This document shows positions 22,505 to 34,278 of a stretch of 64,000 nucleotides of DNA, piece by piece. Made by a program: the position numbers and the translations under genes. The notes below the pieces were generated by a model, which saw only the letters and a program-made list of their open reading frames with translations, was not told the origin of the DNA and made no database searches. Each line of letters begins with the position of its first letter. The stretch's first letter is position 1. Source of the stretch: Chlorokybus atmophyticus. Lineage: Eukaryota; Plantae; Mesostigma and Chlorokybus algae. The stretch spans positions 247,064-311,063 of the forward strand of contig RHPI01000797.1 of assembly GCA_009103225.1 (NCBI GenBank), read 5' to 3'.

Positions 22505-25500
22505 CAATTGTAGTCATTGCAGCTTAATGGGAAAAACTGGATGGAGAAACTTTGTTGGGAGTTGGAAGGAGTAGTTGCCAGCGCGATTAGCAGCAGACAC
22601 AACATGTAAAAGGTCACTCGGCTGCTTAGCTGGCAAGTATGCAGTGTGTACATTATATGAGTGGTCACCACCCTTAGTACTAGCCAGCCTATGCCTGTGT
22701 CTGAGGTGCCTATGCATATCTGACAGGAGAGCTAGTGGGCACATTGTTGGCGCACTGTATGCAAGCGTTTACAGTTGCGCTGGCTTGCATAATTTATTAC
22801 AAGTGTAATATGTTATGCAGGTAGCAGCAAGCACACCAGCAGTGCAAGGTTGGCAACATTAGGGGCTCGTAACAACACAATCACAGCAACAAGCACACCA
22901 AGGTGTGCATGCGCAGGCAGTGGAGGCTGCTGCGCTGCATGCATGCATGACTAACAAGTGGGCGGTAGGACTAGCGGACTAGCGCTGCTTACTAGAATGT
23001 AAGCAGCACGCAAGCGCTGGGTAGTGCGGAGGTCTTGTATGTAGCATGCAGGTGAGCGTGGTGTGAAGCATGTGCTATGCATGTGCAATTGTGTTGCATT
23101 TTGTGTACACAGCACTTTTATGTACACACGCAATTGTGACAAAGTACATGGGCCCCCTCAAGTCAAACAGGGACACACTTCACATGCATTGCATTGCACA
23201 TAGTTAGACCCCTTGGCAAACTCCTGGGGTGTGGTTGTCATGTAATCAATGGGTGGGGAGGTTGTTTCAGTGTATATGTGCTTGCGTGTGCACATGTGCA
23301 AATGTGCGTGTGTACATTGAATGTCAGAAACGAGTGTTTATGCATAGGACATGCATTGTATGTCCCTGCGCGTGCGTGTGCAAGTGTGCGACTACGTGCG
23401 TGTGCAAGTATGCAAATGCAAATGCTTGCGTTGGTGGGTGGTCGTCAGTTGAGCTAAATAGAGGCTTAAGTATACCTCATGTAAATGGGTGCGCATACAA
23501 GTAGTCGATGGTTAAATAGTAGTCAATGGGCAGCATTAGGTCCGGCTGCTTTTATGTTGTAATACTTTACGCATTGCTTGCTACCTTGACACTCTTATGT
23601 GCATGACATACCACAACATACATGTTTATACACAATCGGCGGTTAATTGCGCTGACCGTGTAGTTCATGCTATGCACGAGTATAATTGTATCACATCGCA
23701 GCAAAGGCAGCATGCGTGTGTACGTCAACAGCATCATTTGCAATGGTTGATCAAGATGAGAAACACATAGGCTAGCATAAGCCCCTCATCAACCGAAAAG
23801 CCATAAATGTGTGTACTCGTGTACATGTAAAACAAATCTTCAACGCCATCACCACATTAAGGCAAGCTTGTTACAGCGGGTATGAACAAAAAAGCTCCAC
23901 ATGATGATCACGTGGAGCCACGATGAGCATGTATATTACGTGTGGGCTCACTACAGCTGCTAGTCATCAATGTTTCGGTATAAGTTGCTGGATGCTTGCA
24001 ACTTTACGAGACGACTGCAACTTGCGGTAGTTGTTGGCGTGTTATATCCGCAATAACAGAGTTAAGTTGAGTCAAACACCACAAATTACATCCTCGAAGA
24101 GTGTCATGACTTATGGTCACCACGGTGTTACGCTTACATGTCACAAATGGGCATCGTTAGCATGCTCCTGATACACCCCTTTATCATCATTAATTTGCAA
24201 GTGTTGGCTGTCAGTGTTGCTACCATGCATATCCGCACATCACACGCAATGCAAGACGCACATGTATTCTACGCTACGTTACTACGCTAGCGAAGCGCCG
24301 TGTCTGCTTCAGTTGTCAGAGGGCCTTAGGCCACCAAAACCGTGCTCCTAATAACATGCCGCATTGTTGGCAGGTTCACCGTCATACGTCAAGATGAGGT
24401 TTAACCATAATACCACTCATCAATAGCATACGTACAACCACAGCAATAAAACCTCCACCACATGCACACACGAAGCATTATATAAATGCTAATGGATGTG
24501 ACGCAACTGTCGAAGTATATGGGAGTGACACATGTTGTATGATGTCAATGTTACGGCATCTTAAGCGCATCTCCAGGAAAAGTGCATGTTATGAGGCGGT
24601 TATGTAATGCCATCAATAATTACTATTATCATCATTAAGACATACAACCTTGTGTTTTTAGCCATAGTTAAATGCGAACGGTTGCCAAGGCATGCATTCT
24701 GAAAACGCATTTTGCGACATTTACAGTGTTGCCCCGCAGTGATTGAGCTGCAAAGCAGATATCCATTTCAATAATATTCAAATTTATCAGCATATCATTG
24801 TGGTGTTTGAAAGCATACATTGTTTATTTCGATGTAAACAATAGCATTAACCATACAATACAGTTTATTCACGTTTAATCAAGTTGCTGCAAGAAGGTTG
24901 TCAGCCAATTTTTCATCATATTGCAATATAACCTTATCACTATGCACGTGGTGTAACAATAGCTGTAAACCATTGCATTGCCAAATGTATATGCATAGCC
25001 ATGACAATGTTGGCAAGAAATGCACATACCATGGGTGTCATTTCTAATTAATATTCCTGCTTTGGTTGATAGACATAACCATGTTCCTAGTCGGAGTCAT
25101 ATGTATTATAACATAAATCATGAATATTCACTCATTATCACACATCGGCTACATCTTTGCCATCGAGCATTGTTGTGACAATCGCCAGTTACAGAAATAT
25201 CTAGCATATCAGCTGTAACCAACACGCCAGTACAGATACTGTTCGACTGTTAGTAGAGTGGGTCAGTCACTGCATACCATCCACTCAACATCTACCAGTG
25301 AAAATGGTGAAAACTGCATATTAACTTCAAGTCCAGTGCTACAAAACTATACACAATGTACAGCACAATTCCTCAGCAAGCCCAAGTCATCAGCGAGTTG
25401 GTACTTGGTGTGCAAAGAGCTGTGCACATGTTCCTGCTGGACACTAGCAATATACACCGGCGCACACGAATCTGGAAAACACACAGCAATAAGTTCGCAA

Positions 25501-25566
25501 GTAGTCAGGCACCGAACAAGTTTTAACAGTAACTGCTGGAAGCCATCGAGCTTCGAGGTAAAATAC

Positions 25567-26738
25567 CTATTTGCCAACAACAGTCTCCTTGATACTTTGT
25601 GCTGTCTTCTCAATCTTCTCCTTAGCTTCCTCAGCGTATTCTTTGACCTAGTCAAACACGCCAGCTTTCACTTTACCGCATGACAATGCAACTACTACTG
25701 GCCCGTATCAACCATGGTGTAACAAATCGCACGCATGCTCGCACATGCTCACACGACATAGACGCAGAGAAGAAGCATGCACATCCGCGCGCATCCGCAA
25801 ACAGGCACCCACCTTCTCATATACACCGCGGCCCTCTTCCTGGGCAGTATGCGTCGCCTGGGCAGTCTTGTGCTTGGCGGTCTCAGCAGCTTCGGCAGCG
25901 TTGTGCCTCACGCTCTCAGTGGCATCGGCAGCCTTGTCCTTGGCAGCTTGCGCGTAGCTCTGAGCCTTGTCCTTCACCGTGTCTGCAGCGTCCTTCACAT
26001 TGTCCTTGGCATGCGAAGCCTGCCTCTGAGCTGAGCCCACCGCCTCCTCAGTCTGAAACATGCAGACAACATGATTATGGACAACGACGAAAAACGCACT
26101 AGCAAGAGCAACGGCACACATCAAGCAATATAATGCACACGCACACACAAACAAGAAACCGGGCGGCCAGCAGCAATTCATCTTCATTGGCTGCATGCCT
26201 GACAGATAACTAATCGGGCACATTGCTGACGTGCATGCCGCATGCTAACCAATGCAGGTGGCATGCAAACACGTGATTGAAAGATGTCATCAAGTGACCA
26301 AATCTTGAATTAGACATGCTAGGCACCTTTTCTGCAAGATGGTCTGGTGAAGCTCTCTCGCCGGCGGCTTTGGCACGGTTGGCAGTCGCAGTGCGCACCT
26401 GATGGTAAGGCGTATGCATGTCAGCTCTGCGTTTCACCGAGCAAGATATGTACATACAAACAATTTTCCAAGATAGCTCAGCTACGCACATCTTCAACTT
26501 TGCCCTTGAGATCCTTGTTGAAAGCTTGGGAATCATCCACCGCCTTGTCGTCCACAAGCGGCTGCACCAGGCATGGAACAAACGATCAGATAACAGAACC
26601 ATCACAAACGCTCCCTCTCTCGTGGGACGAGTTTGCAACATAACCAACACTTCTGCTTACGTTCGTGTAGCGCCTGATAGCGGTGGCGTTCAAGCCTGAC
26701 CGGACCTGCAGCTGCCTGGACACTCGCACAGCCCACAT
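25567..26738 (-). CDS. Group-3 LEA-like protein with 11-mer repeats and a probable mitochondrial presequence
   Basis: MWAVRVSRQLQVRSGLNATAIRRYTN is Arg-rich and acid-free. Later exons give AADTVKDKAQS/YAQAAKDKAAD/ATESVRHNAAE/AAETAKHKTAQ, and the last exon is VKEYAEEAKEKIEKTAQSIKETVVGK*. Confidence 0.8.
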
Positions 26739-27681
26739 CTTGATGGTCCTGCTAAAAACCAACCTCAACACACACAATCAACGACGGAGAACTGATCCTC
26801 CCAGCAAACACCACTACACGACCAACTAACTTCACACCACCTCAGCGCGCAGCTCCAGTCGCTCAACACACACAAGTACACTCACGCTCGGTGCGAGCCA
26901 CTACAACAACTTATGCAGTACGCCAAACACTATGACAGACACAGAGACTGCTGCTTGACCTTGAGCTTCACCTTGATCTCAGCATGCCCGTGGATATGCT
27001 TGTGGTCCGCTGCAAGGCAGGCAGCAAAGCAGGTAAGCTCGCCGCCTCAATTGCTGACGTGTGCCGCGAGATCCTGACCTGGCTGGGGATGCGCTACTAC
27101 TGCACGTAAGCAGCACGGATATCCAAGATCTCTACTGCCGATATCACTTTTATTGCGGCTCAAGGAGGCCCTTCAAAGACTTACCGATATCACCGCCTGT
27201 AGTGGATACGATACGATGCGCGATTGCAAATTACGTAACTCGGCTGGTTACAGCCTGCCAACAGGTGCGTGACGCCACCCTTGCTGACATCCACAATCAG
27301 TGGCGTTCTTGAACCAACTGGTTCAATGAACCCTTTACTACGGACCGCAACTTACGATACATACTGCTTCTAAGATTTTGTGTTCGCTTAAAAGACCGTA
27401 GTTGATGCGTGGTCCTATATGCGAAACCGGCGGCTCCGCTCTTCGAACGCTTTGATACAAGCATACATGCGTTAAAAGGCACGCGCGGTTGCCTTTTGCT
27501 CAGCAATTTGCTAATTCAAGCCCTTGATCAGCCTGATGGAAGGCTGAGATACGGGATCTGCCCAAGTGGCTGTGAACTACGTTGTTCCGTCTGAGGCTTT
27601 CATTGGGGGAAGCAGCACACCACACTGCCAACAAATAATTGCTTGCTGGCAGACGCGGTGGTGGTCTGCCAGGTGGCAGGG

Positions 27682-30600
27682 ATGAGTGCGGCGGCGGCGG
27701 GGTCGGTGGCTACAGGCGGGAGCAGCTTGCGGTGGGAGGCGTCGTCGTTGTCGCAGACGGCTAGCAGATCTAAATTGCAGAAGCCCAGGCCAGGTTCCAT
27801 GGAGGGCTGCAGCGCCAGGTTCCCTGCGCTCAGGGCGGCGGTAAGGAGAGGTCATGCCGCTCAGGCAGCCGCTGCCGCCGCAGGCGTGAATGTGCTCACG
27901 GCGGATGCCAAGGAGGCCGTCAAACTCCCGCAGACGGAGGAGCTTGCTTCGGTAAGCCCACGGCTGCACACATGCTTCACCCCAGCAGCCAGTCGCTTAC
28001 ACGTGTGTGTTAACATGCATGCATGCATGCATGCATGCATTCTAATGCAACCAGAACGATGGCATCAATCTCCGTTGGTGCGAGTTTTTCTTTTGTGTCT
28101 TCAATAATATCACGCTGCTCAATGCGTGCTCAATCCATGCACATGGTTCGGTCATGTGACAGCATTGTCGTCCTAGAGTATGCAGCTTCAGGTCACTTCG
28201 CAAGCGAAGCAGCGCAGTAGGGTTTTTAGCCATTGCATGCTTCCTGCTCTGGATATTGAGCGCTAAACCTACGGCAGGTACTGCCGCCAGGCTACGATGA
28301 GGTGCCCAAGCCTCCACAAAAAGGCAGGCGTGCCGGTGTGCTGCTCCACCCAACCAGCTTGCCAGGCCCTCACGGCTCAGGAGATCTTGGGAAGGACGCG
28401 TTCCAGTTTGTTGACTGGTTGAAATCAGCGGGCGCTACTGTCTGGCAGGTGTGTGTCGGGTATAATCGTTGGTTGTGCTCTGCATTGCAAGTGCGCTTAA
28501 CTCTTTATTGCTTGTTTTACATACAGGTGCTGCCTTTGGTGCCACCGGAGCGAATCGGTTGGTCGCCGTACTCTGGCACGGTAATGCAGTTTCATTCATC
28601 AGCATGTTCCGGCAAGCTTGCACACATTATGTCAATGCACACACATTACAGTTGAAGCTGTGAATGGAACGACGCTTACAACTGATTGACAGCTGCTGTG
28701 ATATGCTTGCTCATGTTCTGTACCCTCCAGGATGCCAACAGTGGCAACACCCTTATGATCAGTCTGGAGAAGCTGGTTGAAGATGGTTTGTTGGACGCCT
28801 CAGACCTGCCTTCTGCAATGTGAGTGTGGCACACTGGCAGCTGTCAGTGTTTGCTGGTGTGCAATCAGCTCAGTGGTGCGCAAGTCTTAGCCATATCTGC
28901 TCGTGCAGACCTGTTAAGGATTGCGACTTCAATAACATTGCGGCATTCAAGGAGCCATTGCTTTTCAAGGTGAGAAACAGCATTGTCTGTTGCAGTTGTC
29001 TGTACACATGGTCAATTTTGTGCTGGACTTGAGGCAGTACCTGAAGTTCTGGCGCACATAGGCTGCCGCCAAATTGCTAACGCTGGGTGAGGAGTCTCAA
29101 TTATTCCGGGAGTACAAGGCGTTCATCAGCGATCCAAAGATTTCAGGTGCGCATGCAACAAGACCATACTCTGACCGCTTGTGGCACGCAGCTTGGTTAT
29201 GCACTTGATGCGCATGTGTGTGTACACCGGTTGTGACACAAGCCTACAACGTCATTCACGATAATGTATGCCAACTGTAGTGACAGTGGTTGTGTGCATG
29301 CAATGCAGCATGGCTGCCTGAGGCAGCACTTTTCTCTTCCATCGAGAACAAGTGGTTCCCTGGCAAGGACTGGTGGACCTGGCCTGAGGAGCTAAAGTTC
29401 AGGCAACCTGCTGCCATTGAAAATGCCAAGAACGAACTGGAGGCTGAGGTGCTCTCTTAACTGCATGCATACATACTTGCGAGTGTTGGATCGGTCAGAA
29501 CATCGCAATTTTCTGCATGTGACCCGCGTGACGCTTCTGCAGATTGAGCAGTATATTGGTCTCCAATTCTTGTTCCAACACCAGTGGATGGCCTTGAAGA
29601 ATTATGCCAACAGGTAGCTGTTGCGTGTGCGTGCAAACACACGCGCGCTTTTGCATGTGGGTGCATGCATTCTTGCGCATACCGCTGTGTGCGCGCGCAT
29701 GTGGGTGTACATACACGTGTGAATGATAGCAGTGTATGTGCTTGCGATTGGAAAGCATCCCTGTAGTCAGCATTGCCACTTAACATCATGATGTGCACAG
29801 CAACGGCATCAGCATTGTTGGAGATATGCCAATTTATGTCGGAGGCCATTGCGCTGATGTATGGGGCAACCCGCACTTGTGGACGCTTGACAAGGACATG
29901 GCTCCGGAGTTTGTGAGCGGTGTCCCGCCTGATCTGTTCAGTGAGACGGGACAGCTGTGGGGGTCCCCTCTTTACAACTGGCCAGAGCACTCTAAGGAAG
30001 GGTGAGCAACTGTACATTGCTTATGCAGAAGAGACAAGCCCAGCATGTGTTTTGTACTTCAAAAGGCCTTGCCGCAGGCCATGTTTATTCAGAGTTGACA
30101 GTCACAAAGTCACTGAAGCTTGTTGATACGTCTAGCTGTTACCTACACAGGCGCTTGCATTGCCGCCCAAGTCAGTACTTAGCTTGGTTCAAGGTAACCG
30201 CATGGTTTGACATTCTTCTTTGCTTTGTGCAGGTACAAGTGGTGGTCAAGGCGACTGGGCCGAGCCATGGAACTGTACGACGAGCTGCGTATTGACCACT
30301 TCAGGGGTTTGGCGGCATACTACTCTGTTAAAGCAACGGAAGAGACTGCCATGCATGGCCAATGGCTGGTTGGTCCTCGAACAGAGTTTTTTGAATGTAT
30401 CGCACGCGAGATTGGTGAAGTGAACATCATCGCTGAAGACCTGGTAAGTGGCTGCATGTATGTGTGCAACCATAGCCACAGCCGACGCAGTGCTGTAGAA
30501 TGTAGCTAAGCCATCCATGATGTTTTGTTTTGTAGGGCATCATTACAGATGATGTGGTCGCGCTCCGGTTGGCAATTAATGCACCGGGCATGGAAGTGTT

Positions 30601-31294
30601 GCTGTTTGGTAAGCATTTAGCGCAGCAAGTCACAATCAGCATGAATTGCTGTTGCTTGCTCAATCGCTTATGCAATGTGTATTTTGCAGGCTTTGATGGT
30701 GATGCCAACAACATTCATCTTCCACACAACTACTATGAAAACAGCTTTGCATACCCTGGTACCCACGACAACGACACTGTGCTGGGCTGGTTTAAGGAGA
30801 AGGCCACCCCTGAAGCCAGGCAACAGGTACTGCGCGTCCAGCAGTCTATCTCGCGCAGCCAATCCTTCGCTGAACTAGCATGTCGCATCAAGTAATGGTC
30901 GCGTGACTAATCTTTAGCATGCGTCCTTTCCAGATCAAGGACTACATGAACACCAATGCCAACGATGTGTCGTTTGACTTCATCCGCGCCGTGGCTTCAT
31001 CCGTTGCCAAGACCGTTGTTGCACAGATGCAGGATGTGATGTCCCTTGACAACTCAGCTCGCATGAACACGCCCGGCCGACAAGTAAGGGCGCTCACATA
31101 AACACCAAGACTTTTCTGTGAAGTGAAGCAGCCTCCAAACACAATGCACATGCTTATATTGTTATTGTGTCCTGCAGGCAGGCAACTGGGCTTGGCGCAT
31201 TCCGAAGCAGTTGAAGGATCTAAAATTTGAAGCAGAGAGGTTCAGGAAGGTCTGCGAGTTGTACGACCGGCTGCCTGTGGAGGAGCAGGAGTAA
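27682..31294 (+). CDS. DPE1: Plastidial 4-alpha-glucanotransferase (disproportionating enzyme, GH77)
   Basis: Transit peptide, then RRAGVLLHPTSLPGPHGSGDLG, WQVLPLVPP, WSPYSGTDANSGNTLMISLE, GISIVGDMPIYVGGHCADVW, SGVPPDLFSETGQLWGSPLYNW, RIDHFRG, IIAEDLG, YPGTHDNDT, QMQDVMSLDNSARMNTPG and GNWAWRI. Stop at 31292-31294. Confidence 0.96.
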
Positions 31295-32213
31295 TTTGCC
31301 CGCATGCATTGGGTTTTGGTGTTGTCGGTGATATCGTCCGCATTGGCGATTTTTCTATGCTAGCTGGACAAGCCTGCTACATAGGTTGATTAGCACAGCA
31401 TATACGCCCCTAGCTGGCTGTGCATGGCCGTTGCACTTATAGGATAAATTGTTGTTGTGATTGTTTATGGACACGCTGAGCGCGCAGGCTGGTGTTGTGA
31501 CTGTGTGGTCATTTGTGGACAGACGCATCTGCCACATTTGGTAATGGTTGCTAACTCTGCAGGTTGATTAGGTGTGACAAGATTTTGAAGATGTGATGCA
31601 TATCTTCTTTAGCTTATGTGAGTGTTGGGGGTGTACAGGCTGTGCAGTACAGCGGTCATGTCAGCTGGTGTGGCTGGTCCGGTGCGGCTGGCAGAGTAAT
31701 GTGGTGGTATGGACCATACCATGTGATGTGTGCCACATGCTAGATACACGTGTACTTGTAACATCTTTTCCCCCTTCGCCCAAAGGTCCCTCCCCCCTGC
31801 ACGCGGCCCCCCTCTCCCTGGACCTGCCTCCTTCACAATCCACCCATGCAAGGCGACTTCTTCACCCTAATGAGGAAGGTGTTTGTGGAACATGCAGTGT
31901 CCAGAAAATGTGAGAGGGGTATGTAAGGCCAAACTCGTTGAGGCCAGTATATATGCATTGTGCAATGCACCCGAAAAATGGTGCAAAATACGCTCAGTTG
32001 CGAGTGTAAACTAAGCGGGCATAACCATACGGCAAAGCAATACTTGGCGAACATATGGCACACACGGCATACCAGAACACCCCTTTTGTACAAGAAAATG
32101 ATGATGAAATATAACTAATGGGACGGTTTGCACGGTAATAGTACATGTATTGTTTTTGCCTATGTATCTGTGTATACATGTAATATTAAGTGTGCTTGTT
32201 AGTACATGCTCGG

Positions 32214-32231
32214 CTTACCTTCGAAGGTAAG
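32214..32231. repeat. Perfect 18-bp palindrome CTTACCTTCGAAGGTAAG
   Basis: The sequence is its own reverse complement. Confidence 0.9.
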
Positions 32232-32244
32232 ATATTTCTCCTCT

Positions 32245-33541
32245 CCTCCACTCCACTACCGTAGAGTTTGCAATAACTTCTAATTTAAAGCATAGCACGC
32301 TTGCACGCACGCATCAAACCCTTTTAGCCTAGCCTAGCTGAGCTTGGGAGATGGGGATGACTTCCGTGAGGATTGTGTGTGTTATTCCAGCATGCTCGTA
32401 TGTAAGCCTATACTTTGTTATGCTTACTCGTAGTACGGAAGGCTAGGCTAACCTCTTGTGTTACTGACAAAGTACATACAATAGCCAAGCCCCTTGATGC
32501 TACCCTGCGCATACGCACATATGAAGCTCGCTTTATGCTATATTTGGATTGATAATGGCCAATAATCTGCTCATCAACTTGTTGCACGACTAGAGACGTT
32601 CACGTTGTTAGCCAAACTGTCAAGCAGCACTAGCTTAAAATTATAACACCATGTATGGGCAAATGCTCTGTGTGATGCATGACCATGCAGGCCGGCCAAA
32701 ACAATTGTGTATGTCAGGCATTAATGATCAATTCATTGTGCATTAAAATAATACAGTGCAATGGTTACGACCATCATGGTTGTAAGTCCGGTCGTTCTGT
32801 CAAGTTGTTCACGCTTGCCACGCTTGGTAGTACATGTTGTGAGTTGTATAGTGCAAACTGCACAGTAATGGTGTACCTTATTAATACTACGATGAGCTCA
32901 CATTCTGTCATCATGTGTGACATGACCAAGGCATCTAATACATAAGACTAATAAAGTTTTGCTTGTATGTTTGTATATAGGCTAATCAATATCACAGATG
33001 CAGTTGTGCACTCCAAAACAAACCGAAGGAAGAACCAACAAGGAAACAATCAAGGCTTGGGCAAGGGGATTAAGCGACATGCGTGCAACTAGCTATATGC
33101 ATGCAAGATGGCGGGTAGGCATATATACACACCAACATCCAACCGACTGTTGATGCTTATAAGCAACATGCATGTGCTATTGAACTCCTGGTAACATCAG
33201 CAGTGTTTCATAATGATGAAGAACAATTAATCTGACAACATACAGTTGCATCATTGCAGCAACTTCTGCCAAGCAATATCATATTACAATTTTAACAGAT
33301 TTGTTGTATGCGTAATATTAACACGCCAAAGCAAGTGCAACGACAACATGCGAACGTTGCATGCACCACCACTACCAACGCTTAAGGAGTGCATTGTATT
33401 GCAGCGGTTTAACTGTATTGCAATATTATAGGTATAATATTCAGTATATAACACAATACAATTATAGTATTATACTTAAAGTAGATAACAATGTGGAATT
33501 CCGCATTATCACTCTATATTGAAACGGAAGTGGAGTGGAGG
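32245..33541. mobile_element. Possible non-autonomous terminal-inverted-repeat (MITE-like) DNA element, about 1.3 kb
   Basis: CCTCCACTCCACTACCGT at 32245-32262 and ACGGAAGTGGAGTGGAGG at 33524-33541 are inverted repeats matching at 17 of 18 positions. The interior is AT-rich with no credible ORF. No clean target-site duplication is visible. Confidence 0.4.
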
Positions 33542-34278
33542 GATATAATGTAATATGTATATGGTCACTCGCTTTGCATCCTTATTGGTAAAAAAATGCA
33601 TGGTGAATTGATGAAGTCCGTCTATATTGCTGCTAGTAGCTAATTGAAACTACCTCCTTGAATAACTTCACACAACAAAAGACAATAGCAAAATGTATGA
33701 AGTTCTGGCCATTGCAGTACTTATCATCTTCGAGCAATGCAAGCAATACAATCTTGCAACTTCCAGCATTTCTCACACGGGCACGAGCCAACTGGTTGGT
33801 TCATCACCACACAATAGACTACTATGCAAAAAGCCTCGCGCAATGGGTTGTGGCTCTGATAGAGACATCCACTACACTTGGACTGGCAACTTTTTGCAAC
33901 AAACAAAAAGTACAGGAGTGGAACTTCTGAGTTGTCCACGAAGAGTTAAAACATCAACCTTTACAAGCAGTTACTATTAATAACATGCCGCATACCGTTG
34001 CCCAGCAAAAGACGCTGCTGCTGCTCATTCCCTATTGTACATACAATACACAGTATACAATATTAACACTAGCCCTAACCACTCCGGTGGTTGCATGGCT
34101 TATGGTGTAGACTATCGCCATCTGAACGCCGCAGAACTGCACCATGTAGCTGGGAAGGAGTGCTGGCAACCAACTGCCATCTGATGGCAGTCTGCTGCAA
34201 CAACCCTTCCAGGGTATGCAACCAAACCTAACGGTGCATACCTTCAACATAACACCGGGACACATGATTCTGATGTTG

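Noticed and set aside
27061-27312. 83-aa ORF between LEA and DPE1
   Set aside because: GTG start, short, no recognisable motif and no supporting exon chain.
34069-34092. Helitron-like 3' end on the minus strand (6-bp stem, then AGGG-CTAG-T)
   Set aside because: The stem is short, the spacer is only 4 nt and no 5' TC terminus was found, so it is expected by chance.
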